NCBI GenBank assembly: GCA_003971905.1
Contig: RSEE01000010.1
Coordinates: 1-64,000 of the forward strand
Direction of reading: 5' to 3'
Origin: Moniliella sp. 'wahieum'
Taxonomy: Eukaryota
DNA length: 64,000 nucleotides
In this document: piece by piece, positions 13,526 to 24,126 of the stretch
How positions within the stretch are numbered: position 1 is the first letter of the stretch
Layout: every line of letters begins with the position of its first letter
Translations under genes and position numbers: made by a program
The notes under the pieces: model-generated
What the model saw: the letters and a program-made list of their open reading frames with translations, nothing else
The model's database searches: none
Told to the model about the DNA's origin: nothing

Positions 13526-15069
13526 CTAGTAGGGGTGAGGAGGGATTGTGGACACGACAGACTCCGTTTCAGTCGATGTGGCTGACTCGGGTGGTGTAGT
13601 GGCTGCCATAGGGGTTACTGCATGGGCAGATGAGGTGGTCTGGGCTGTCGTAGCCGGCCGGCTAAAGTGGCCGCCACGTTGGCCACCACGGTGACTTCCT
13701 CTGTACCCGCTGCCCCTCGGCCTCGTCCGCGGCCTGTCACCGTACTGCTTGTTTGGCTGTGCGACGTGGTTCCGAAGGGGCCGTACTGGAGGGAGCTGGG
13801 CTTGAACTGGAGGTACTGCCGTAGTTGGAGCCTTTGAGTTCGCTCACTGCTCGGCGCAATTCGGCGTAGCTGCTGTTACGATGGAGGTGCAACCACCCCT
13901 GATCAGTAACGCCTTTCCGTAGCATCTGTGCTAGACCAATCTCGTCCAGCTTGGACTTGGACGTCATCTCGTACTGGGTTACCGCCACAGTGAACTCATT
14001 CAGGTATTGGCGGCCCTTGGTGCCCATTTTGAGAGTGAGAACCTTTATGAGGATATCACAGATCTCAGTGTCTGAAACGGTGCCGTACAAATCACGCAGA
14101 GCATGATAGTATGCAGACCCTAGAGCCCGTGCCATCGCCGGTGATCTGCTGGACGACGTCGGAGTCTATCCACGGGAGTAGAATGTTGGCCAAGTGAGCG
14201 TCCAGTTCAGCGTTATACCCGTCCAGGGCCTTGCCCTGTTCCAGATGCTCACGCGCTCCAGGGATAATCTGGATACGAGGGAGGAAGATCCGGGTCCATA
14301 ACCAAAACGAGCTGTTGTTGTGGAAACGCTCGTGGTACGGCACGTTGGTGCGAGTGGCACTACGGAGGAGCTTGTCGGGAGTCAAAGCCCACGGGTTGTC
14401 GTCGACGGCCGGAGTTGACGATGAGGGACCTTCGTTCTTGCTAGCATTGGGTGGATTCTCACATGATAACATGACAATGGCTTCTGTGGTCGTCTTTTCG
14501 CTGTACCCAAGCTTGATACCAGTGTCCTGTAGCTGTTTGAGGGTGATGTGTTCGGGAAACAATTTGAACATGTTGCGAATGCGGTCGGCGAGGGTGGCGA
14601 CGTCGTTCGCGGTGTTGTCGGGGCCCACGGGGGTGGGTTGAGGTGTAGGGGTAGATTCACGCGATGGTGTCAGCGGCGGGGAGGCGTGGTCAACTCCGAC
14701 GGGAGTGGTGCTCTCTTCTGCGGCGGCAGTTGGTGAAGTAGGGGTTGAGGAGTTGAACCAAGACTCCTGAGTCTGAGAGCTCATGATGCTTGCCATTAGC
14801 TTACGCAGTTCGAGCAAGCGCTTGTGGATAGGGCCGGCAGCGGAGGCATCGTTGCGGTAGCGGAGTAGTAACTTGGTGAGGGAGTCCATGTGGTTGTTGC
14901 ACACGGTGAGCTGGGCCATGTATTCGGAGTTCGGATCTCTCTGGGTGGGAGTGGCATTGCGAAGCAGAATGTTGTAGACTTGCTGGTAATCCGACAGCAG
15001 TTGGGCGGCAGCGTCGGCGTTGGGCGCTGCTGCGCCCACAGGGGGGAGGTAGGTGTTGACCCAAGACAT
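13526..15069 (-). CDS. gag: Copia gag protein (frameshifted), ending at an in-frame UAG
   Basis: ORFs 14092-15069 and 13737-14135 plus an RGG-rich and S/T-rich tail ending ...IPPHPY-UAG at 13526-13528. It lies directly after the 5' LTR. Confidence 0.8.
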
Positions 15070-15146
15070 GGGTGGGTGGAAGATTGGAAGAGTGGAAGAG
15101 TGTAAGAGTGGAAGGCTCAGGGCTGAGCGTCAAGAGGATGTAACTC

Positions 15147-15363
15147 TGTAAGACCAGAGGAACCCAAGGGATTGGGTGAAGAACCTCTGGAAATGTAGAG
15201 CAATGCAATCGCGATGGTGGTGGTTCAGGTCTAAGCCTTGTGCCACACCTAGAGACAGGGGTTCAGACAAGCCTGAGTATACACGTGGAGGCTTCGGAGG
15301 ACAAATCAGGGGTGAAGGGTGATGAGGCGCCTTGGCCTAAGTACGGGACCACGGGTCCCAACA
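15147..15363 (-). repeat. 5' LTR (217 bp)
   Basis: TGTAAGACC...GGTCCCAACA followed by TSD CCAGC. Confidence 0.97.
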
Positions 15364-15369
15364 CCAGCA

Positions 15370-16350
15370 TTAGAAGTACTGAGCTCCCGGCCGGAGTGAG
15401 CGCCTGAGAAGCCGAGCGGCTGAGCCTCAGCGCCTCAGCCGGCCTCCAGCTTCAAGCGCGTTTAACGAGTGCAACGGCAAACGAACATCATTGAATTCAA
15501 CGTTCAACGTTCAAACGTTCAACGTTCAATGTCCAACGTTCATTATTTCCATTCTTTTTCATCCAATGCCCAACGTGTGGGTTGTGTTTGTATTATTGGG
15601 GTGAGCCGGTGACGGGACTGATCAATTGACGTATGATATGAACGTCGAACTTCAGCTGAAAACGCTGAACGCTGAACGTCGAACGTTGAAACGCTTAATT
15701 CGACGGAGTTGCGTTATATCGAGGACAGAGCGCCTGCCCGTCCTGCTCCACAATCCAGCTGCGGCTATGACCAGTGTGCTGGGCGCAAAAAGCCCTGCCA
15801 GGAGCTATCATTACTTGTTACTTGCATTACTATCGCCTACTATTGCTCGTTGCTGTAGCTGCATGTATCACTCTAATTCACTTGAAGCTCCTGAAAGCTT
15901 ACAGTTTCAAGTCCAAACGCCAACGAAGGCAGGCACTCAGCCTTTACCGGGGCGGGCAAAAATGCATTCTGCTGATCGGTGGGTTCAGACTATTGCTCCG
16001 CCCGCGGTCGGTACCCAAATACTCAGCCTGTGCTCAGCCTGAGCGCTCAGGCTCAGCACTCGGCCGTGGTTGATCGTAAGGCTGGACGTTTGTGGTCTGA
16101 GATCTGAGGTGTCGAGGTGCCCGAACAGGGTCGTCAGGGTATTGTTGTCAGGTGTCGTCAGCACGTCAACTGTCGTCTCTCGCAGCGTGACTTGTGAGGT
16201 GTGAAACGGCGCAGCTTGAAGCTTGAAGCATGATGCATGATTCATGATGCATGATGTGGCAGGACGCCGGTTTCACAAGAGGCACATGTCACATGATGCA
16301 TGATGCATGACACATGACACATGTCACATGTCACAGCGCCATGTCAGTAC
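15370..16350. repeat. Cluster of 7-bp palindrome arrays right of the LTR insertion
   Basis: (GTTCAAC)n ~15497-15542; GCTGAAC/GTCGAAC/GTTGAA ~15664-15690; CTTGAAG x2 CATGATG CATGATT CATGATG x2 (16215-16256); TGTCACA and CATGATG arrays 16285-16335. Confidence 0.9.
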
Positions 16351-17060
16351 TGAGTCTGAGTATACGTACGGGTACGCAACGCATGGCCCATGGTGCATGG
16401 CCTCCCATCCACCATGGCCCCCAGGTGCATGGGGCATAGCATGCGTTGCATAGCCCCCGTAGCCCATGTTGTCACGAGCGCTAGTCACCTAGTCACCGTG
16501 CCAGTGCATTGGTCACTTGCCATGGTCCCCAGGCGTGAGCGCGTGACATATGACGGGAAGGCGGATGCGAAGGGGCGGTGGGAGTGGGAGTGGCGAGGCG
16601 TCGGCAGGCAGGCGTGGCGCTCGCGCTGGGCGCTGAGGCGCTGAGGGCTGAGGCCCGAGGGCGTGAGGGCCAAAAGGGGCTTCCGTGGTACTGGCTGGCA
16701 AATAGGATGAAACCAAACAAGGCTGAAACAGAGGGTGCGTGTGGGTCAGGAGCCAGCCTGCCCAGACCGAACCCTCCCACACCACTGTGGTTGGGCCCCG
16801 GTGGAACCCTGCCGCGTGCCGGGGCGGCGGGACGGGGCGGAGGTGGCGTGGGGCGCGGGGGCAGGCAGCCGGGCGCAGGGGCGCGCGTGTGCTGTGCGTG
16901 GCGCGGTGCGCTGTGCGCTGGCCAACGCCCAACGTTCTCCTCCAGCGCCCAACGCCTGCCTGTCTGGCACTGAGACACGGAGCTGTGCAGACAGGCAATT
17001 TGCAAGTGGCTCGCCTGAAACTCTGCCGACAAATTTGCAGCACCCACAGCACCTCCGCCT

Positions 17061-17066
17061 TATATA
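17061..17066 (+). promoter_or_regulatory. Putative TATA box of the homeobox gene
   Basis: TATATA in a GC-rich context, followed by a pyrimidine-rich leader. Confidence 0.4.
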
Positions 17067-17436
17067 CCCGCGCCCGCCGCCTCCGTCGCTCGTCTTCCTC
17101 TGTGCCTCGCCTCGCCCTGCCTCGTCTTGCCTCCCCCCCCCCCCCCCACCCATCCTCTTGCGCTGGACGCGGACCGCAGACCCTCTGCTGCCCGCACTAC
17201 CGCCCCGTCGGTTGCTGCCGTGCCCCTCGCTCGCTCCTATGCCTTCTGTGGTTTCCCGTGCACCCGTGCGTTGTCTCCCCTCCTGTCTGCGCTGCCCCCT
17301 CCACCCACCCGCCTCGCTAACCTCGTCTCCCCCTCCCCATTTCGCCCGACCCTAGGCCTGCCCCGCATCCCTCCCCGTCTATTGTCCGCGCCGCCTGTCC
17401 AAGTCGCGCACCCGCCTCCCATCTCTCGTGCGGGTC

Positions 17437-18919
17437 ATGCCAGCTCCCAAAGACACATCCAAACGCCCCTCCGCCCTGGCCTGTCAGCACACTTGCTTCT
17501 CTGCCTCGTCCCCCCCCCCTCGCGCCCCCGGGTCCACGGGGCTGCCTCTGTCCGAATCGCCCGTAGCCATCTCCCAGGCTGCGCCGGGAGATTTCCACGA
17601 GACCAGTTCCAGTGAGCCGGCCTCGCGCGAGCGCAAGCCCAACGCCTTCCTGGTATCTCCTACATTGACCAGTTTCTTGCCCTCCAACTACTTCGCCAGG
17701 CGTCCCTCGCAGCCTGAGGGTTATCCCTCGCAGCATGAGGGTTACAGCCCTACGCTCAGCCTCTTCGGCGCTAGAGCGGAGACCGCTACCCGCCACCGCC
17801 TTTACTCACTCTGCCTGAGCCAGATCTGATCGGCCGCCCTTCTTGCCCTCCTTTGCTGGCGGCAGCAGTGAAGCTCGACACTCTCTTCCAATCTGCCGTT
17901 CCACAGTACCTCATCCCCTCTTTGCCTCCACCTTCGGCCTACCCCCACACCTCTTCTCCCGAAACAAGCTGCAGCCATCCGTACCAGCAGCCGAGCCATC
18001 TCCCCGTCATGCCACGTTTCCAGTGGCGATTGGACGTACCGGTCTACGCGCCCTCGCCTGTTAACGGTTAGCCCCGCTCATGCCTGCGACGACTAAAACG
18101 CGGTACTATCCTGCGCCTGGTTACGATGGGGCCGCAGGTGCTGGCCCAGGTGCAGGTTCAGGCCGTATCCACCCGCTTGGTTCCCGCTACGAGCCACGCC
18201 GGTCATCTGAGACCGGCTACGGGTCACGCGGGTCGATGCGCGGCGTATACGCCTACGGCCTGCAGGCTATTCGTCCGAGGCGGCCTACCCCCCCATCCCG
18301 CCGGAGCAGGCTGTGTATCCCGATGGTCAGGGACCTACGCCCAGCTACCGCGGCCATTCTTCCTCCCCAGTTCGCTGGCTGGACCTTACGCTGTAGGTGC
18401 GGAGATGGGCGCGGGTACCGGCATGGCCACGGGGAGGGGGCAGTTCAAGTGCCAGCTCGGCCCGACATCACCCCTACCTCCGTCAGCGCCCGTTCCCCCC
18501 CAGTCCACGAAGACGGAGCGACCACGTTGCATCGGGAGCACGTGTGGTGGACGATGCAGGGTTGCCGGTGCACCATTGGCCAACGAGGGTAGCGCCCCTA
18601 TTGGTCCGGCTCAACCACCTCGCCTTCACCCTTACCTGTTGGGGGAGCGAACGGATCCCACCCATCGCAGGCGGGAGGACCCGGACGGGCGCCTCCGCCG
18701 TCCAAGCGACGGGGCAAGTTGCCCAAGGAAGTGACCGAGTACCTCCGTACGTGGCTCTTGGACCATGTTGACCACCCCTACCCGACCGAGGAGGAGAAAC
18801 GTCATCTGTGCGACTCGACGGGCTTGTCGATGAACCAAATCTCCAATTGGTTTATCAATGCGCGGAGACGCATCCTTACGCCCATTGAACCTTCTAGCTC
18901 GTCGGTTGAGCAGTCGTGA
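17437..18919 (+). CDS. TALE-class homeodomain transcription factor (Cup9/Tos8/TGIF-like); start and exon structure uncertain
   Basis: KRRGK/LPKEVTEYLRTWLLDHVDHPYPTEEEKRHLCDSTGLSMNQISNWFINARRRIL, with the PYP loop and WFxNARRR at 18719-18919; P/S/Y-rich N-terminal region with frameshifts. Confidence 0.88.
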
Positions 18920-19997
18920 AGCTGGGTGTGCTGGCAAGGCATCAACAGCGGGACGAGGCACAGAGGATTGGGTCCCGTGGAACCGCGTCCCACTTCTGAA
19001 CCTGCCTGGTGCAGGGATGAAAGAAGATGGAGGCATGGGGTAAGCGCGCTGACGAGAGTTCGCACCGTGCGTATGGCGCGTTCCCTTAGCCCACACCAGG
19101 CTTGGCTATCAAGGCGCTGTGTGTGCGACCCTTCAGCCCTTGCAGTCTCGTCGGCCGCTCCACTCCCCCTAATATGGCTAAGGCATACTCGATGTGCGCC
19201 TTTTCTCTTTTTGTAAATTCTTCCTTCTCTTTCTCCCTCACCATTCTGCCGCTTATGTTTGTTGGATGGGGAGGGGAGTATGTGCTCCAGCTTTTGCTCC
19301 CGATCGCTTTGTCGTTCTTCCTGCGTTACCGTACCTCTCTTAATCCGCTTCTGTCCTGTCGTTACGCGTTGCACTATCTCTGTTGGTTGGCTTGCACTTT
19401 TCCCCTCTTTTCATCCCTTCAGTTCTGCATCCCCCCCCCCAAAGCTTTGTACCATGTACCCGTCTCTTTTACTTCATGCTCATCCTCCCCACCTCTTATG
19501 GTTTCCTCGGGCAAGTATCTTAGCCATTCGTAATTTGTATCTAGTAGGCCGAGCGCGTACTTATTATCTGTCTGTCATCTATTATCGTACTTGACGGAGA
19601 CACATTGTTCCTCGACCTCATTCGCTCTCGGAGGTCTTCATTTCCGACTTAGATCCTCTTGACCAATACAGTGCAGGGTCAATGAGAGGTTGGCCAGGGT
19701 GCGTCATGCGTCATGCTGCATGAATCTTGACTGTTTCCTGGGTGAGATGGGGCTTTTGGTGGTTACCCCCTTTTAGCGGCGTTATTACTATATACCGGCT
19801 ACCTTCCCGAGTGTGCCGCTTTTCGTGCCTGCTATTATTGTGTGCTTGCAGAACGCGCGTAGGACCAAGTTGGTGAAGCACTGCGAGCGCTGAGTAGATT
19901 TGTGTTGGGTAGGCGGCCGGGGGTTGCGTGCTGCATGTGCAGCACACTCTCTTTCTCTTTGCGAATTTGCTGGAGAGAGTCCATATTGAAGAACGGC

Positions 19998-20106
19998 TGT
20001 CACATGTCACACGTCACACGTCACATGTCCTGTCACTCACATGTCACTCACGTGTCACTGATTAGACATCCGCGGTGTTGCTCGATAGCGTAATCACCGA
20101 TCACCG
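19998..20106. repeat. TGTCACA/CGTCACA heptamer array
   Basis: TGTCACA TGTCACA CGTCACA CGTCACA ... TGTCACT. Confidence 0.85.
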
Positions 20107-20230
20107 TTGGCCTAGGCCTGTTCGATGAAGATCGATGGTGTTGGTTGCTGGGCGCGTCGACTTGCGGCTGTCCAACCAGCACCATCGATCCTCATCCATC
20201 CCATCCATCCCATCGATCCCCCCCTCCTCC

Positions 20231-22590
20231 ATGGCCCGTGCCGCTTCGTCGGACGAAGCTCCTCCCGCTTATCCCTCGCGGCCATCCGCCAGAGCACGGC
20301 TGGCGCCACGTCTCCGATCCGCGTTCTCAGGCCTGCGGCGCCGCGATGCCGCCCTGGTCGCGGGCGGCTCGGCGTCTGTGCCCATCCACACCGGTGCCCG
20401 AGTCAGTGGCGAAACGGTATCCACTCTTACGCCTCCCCCAACCCCTGGCCCGGCGCTGACATTGCCTGCTGTGCCGGAGGTCGAACGCCCCCTGTATCCC
20501 AGCACGACTCACGCACGCCGGGCTTGAGCAGCCCCGCCGTTCTAGCGCGGCTCCGCCCCCGTTCCACTGCCCTCGATCGCCGTCACGCCACTTCAAAGGT
20601 GGCAATCTACCCCCCTGTTCCCGAGCCTCTTCTGCTCTGCCTCCGCCCCACCCAGCGCCTACCATTCCTCTCCCTATGCCGCCCTCGGTCTCAACGAGCA
20701 CATGCATTCGTCCTTCCTTGCCTCCGAGCGTGCCCCGCGGCCGACCACGCCGCCCAGCCTCGAAAGACAAGAGGAACGACCAATGTCACGGGAATCAGCT
20801 GTGCTCCCTTCTTCGGAGGCGAATGGGCGCTCGAATGCCGCCGGTGCCCGTCGATCAGGGCTTCCCCAGCCGGGCCATCTTGTTCGTTCCAGCCTGAGGG
20901 GCTGACGGGACGGGGGGTGGGATTAGGATTGAGCTTCTATTCGGAAGACGATGATCTTTCTTTCTACTCGGCTCGATCCAACCCATCCCTTCAGCATTTG
21001 TCTCTCCGCACTTCTTCCTCAGTACGGCCTTCCCTTCGCGCTCAACCAGCCCGTGTGTATTACTCTCCGCCTCGCACCCGCACTACTTCCTCAGCTCTGC
21101 ACGCCCACCATGAACCTTCTCGTTACCCCCCGACAATGTTATCTTCGTGGACGACTACCCATGTCACTCAGCCGCGTTCCTCGCCAACAAAATCCCCCAC
21201 ACCTCCCGATCTGGGCCCCAAGACCCCAACCCCGCTCCCGGAGCGGACAACTCCTTCCCGACCCACACACCCCGGTGCCCGGAGAACCGCCAGGAAGGAT
21301 CGACAGAGCGAATGGGCTCTTGTTCCCTCCCGTATGTCCTGCCCGAAAGTGGAGACAGGGATGTATCCCACAGCAGCCAAGAAGAAGATTTCTGCCTTCC
21401 GAACACCGCCAAGCGCGTACGGGACCCCTCTCCCCGCAACTCCAACATGGCTGCGCAGTTGGAGGCAGTCGTTCCGACACACCTTCACATCAAGGAAGAG
21501 CAGTGTTTCCTGTGACTCTGCCGTGTGTGGAAACAGGCGCCAGTCTCTTGCCTGTGCCAAGCCCTGAAAGGGGGAGGAACGTTTCGTTGTCATCTAATCA
21601 AGATCGAGGCGGAAGAGAGACATTCGCCATTCCCCCACCGGTTTGCATTGAAGGGAAGCATGTCCTACTACGCAACTACGTGCCACAAGCACCACTTCCC
21701 TCCTTCCTCTCATTCAAAGCACAGCAGTTCTGCCCTACGCAGCGTACACCCAATTCCCGCTCCCTCGCAACTCTCGTCCCCCAGTCAACCTGGTCCAACT
21801 CCACCGAAGAAGTGCTGGTCCCATCAGACCCACCTGTGCGCTCCTCCCCATCCGAATTAGGGACACACGGCCCACCGCCCACCGAGGTGGAGTAAATTTT
21901 GGCATCGGACCGCAAGCTCCACCGATGTTGGTGGATCCGGAACGCGCCCGCTTGATAGCCTCCGCAGTCCTTCAGCGTTTTTACGAGGCAGGTCAACTCC
22001 CGTGTTGAACTCGGTTTCTTCTTCTGCCTCCACTTCCCATGCCGCGCACCACTCGAACGGCGCCAAAGACCGCAAGATCAAGTTGCCTTTCCGTCGGCCC
22101 CGAAGGCAGTCTGCAGCTCACCTTATGCCTCCGGACCCCTTTGCCTCACCTCAGCCGGATGGCCCGAAGCTTCCATCTCATTCCTCCGGCGGGCGGAGAT
22201 GGTGGGGCGGTCCCACCGCATCACCGACCGCTTCCCTTCACCGACAGGCACCCACCCACCCCCTTCGCCTTCGTTCCTCTCTCTCGCAAGGGCAGACGAG
22301 AAGGGAAGGAGAGAGAGGAGGATCGCCGGAAAGAGACGAGATGGATAGCGTTCCTTTCCCCTCTGAGCCTCGGTCTCCGTTTGGGTGGGGCGGCGGGCGC
22401 GCATCCTCCTCCGGATCCAACCTTGGCTTGGGTACACGCCTGGGGGGTAAAAATAAGGGCAAAGGGTAAGGCCATTCCCTTCCCGCGCCGTGCCGCGCCG
22501 CCCGTGCCCCACTCCTCCCACCCCTCCCCTTCCTCACCTCCCTCCCAGCCCGCCCGTCCCCCGGTCCCACGCGTTTCCCGCCCGCCCTGA
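20231..22590 (+). CDS. Hypothetical Pro/Ser-rich protein (frameshifted)
   Basis: Chain of long overlapping plus-strand ORFs (20125-21567, 21147-21515, 21525-21860, 22002-22469, 22039-22590) with coding-like composition. No domain recognised. Confidence 0.5.
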
Positions 22591-22638
22591 TCAGTTGTTT
22601 TCTGTGTGATTTCTGACCTTTTTATGTTGCTGTGGTCC

Positions 22639-22698
22639 GGCTGTTTGTTCTGAGGCTGTTTGTTCTGAGGCTGTTTGTTCCGAGGCTGTTTGTTCTGA
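22639..22698. repeat. 15-bp minisatellite x4
   Basis: GGCTGTTTGTTCTGA x4 (one copy ...TTCCGA). Confidence 0.92.
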
Positions 22699-24126
22699 CG
22701 GTGCTTATTCGACCAACGGTATACCCTCCTCGTTCTGGCATTGTTCCCGCTTACCTTTCCTGCATGATCCCCGTATTTGACCATTTTCTTCATGCCTCGA
22801 TACCAGCTTACTTGGTTCCACCTACCTCTTTCATCTCTCTCTTCGCATCAGTTGGCCCGGCTATACTCTTCTGTCTGGTTGCTTTCATCTCACCTTTTCG
22901 TTCTGCCCTTCAGGCCGCTGCTTACCGAAACCGCTTACCTCTTCCCCCCACCCTATTTTGTGTCTCTTTGATCGCCATGTTCATGGCGTCGTATCGCACC
23001 GTCGGCACATGAACCGCGGGCAGGCGCACCCGATGCATACCTGACATATATATGTCCTCATTGGGATCGACCAGGAGGGAGGCTAGGAGAGGGGAGGTGT
23101 TGGCCTTGGATCGATCGGTAGATTCCAGATTTCGGTGCAGCGAGGATAGGGATCCGCGTCCTCTCAAGCAAGTTTTCTGGGCCGATGATGATGTGCATCC
23201 TTGGGAGGCAGAGCCCTCTGGTCGAGTTCTACGTCGACTGAGGCCGGCAGCATGGCGCGGCAGACACGTTGCCCCAACGGCAACGGGCCGCTAGCTGGTG
23301 GGGTCGGACAATGGGAAGAGATGAGTGTAGCAGTAAAATCAGGTTGGGGAAGCTGGCCCCAAATTGCTTTTCCTGGTGGTGTGGGTCATGCTGGCTAATG
23401 CCATGCAGAACAGACATGCAAGCGCAATCGTCTACTCCCATATGATACAAGCGAACTCGGTTACCAACAGTACTACTTATCCGCCAGTGGGAACAGCTGA
23501 GAACGATCGACTTGGCCGCCGGACCACTCCTCACAGGCGCCTCGGGCGTGCTCATCGATCGCATCATGCGTGGTGCCGAGCGCGCGGGGCTGTGCAAGCG
23601 GCGGGGGCTAGCGTGGGGCGGCTGTGGCCTGCTGGGACGCGGTGGGCGCGGTGGATGTGACGGGGCGGTGACGGGCGCGGATGGTTTGACGGGCGCAGAG
23701 GTCGACCAAGAGGCTGGGAGGCGCGTGATCAACGTGATTTGCAATGTGTGGGTTGGACTGCTCTCGCCTGCTCTGGCTGCCCCCCTGCCGAGCGTAGCCA
23801 GCCATATGGCGTCCGCCGAGCAGGCTCCATCCGGCATCGATTCGATCAGGACACGCTGGCCATCACCCGGTCACTTGTGCCCGCCATGTGGCTCCGCCGG
23901 TAAGCGGCCACATCACCTCGGCCTGTGCGCTCCTCGGCTCGTGCTGGCGGCCGCCGGCACCAGCCACGCGCTCCCCACATCACCGTCCTCGCTGTCTCCC
24001 GCCCTCTCCCCCAATGCGCACCCGCAGCAACCGGAACGCGTAGCCTCCGAGCCTTCTTCTCTCCTCTCCTCCCCTCCTCCTCCTCCTCCTTCTCCTCCGC
24101 CATTCCCCGCCACTGCCGCCGCGGCC

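Larger units (their letters stand above)
9503..15363 (-). mobile_element. Full-length Ty1/copia LTR retrotransposon
   Basis: TG...CA LTRs at 9503-9716 and 15147-15363; 5-bp TSD CCAGC at 9498-9502 and 15364-15368; domain order gag-PR(DSGA)-IN-RT-RNaseH on the minus strand; polypurine tract next to the 3' LTR. Confidence 0.97.

Noticed and set aside
22639..22698. CRISPR-like array
   Set aside because: Contiguous tandem units with no spacers, in a eukaryotic context.
23512..24126. Long N-terminal extension of G-alpha from the 588-aa ORF
   Set aside because: The ORF opens at a non-ATG codon in GC-rich upstream DNA. MGC at 24127 is the expected lipidated start.
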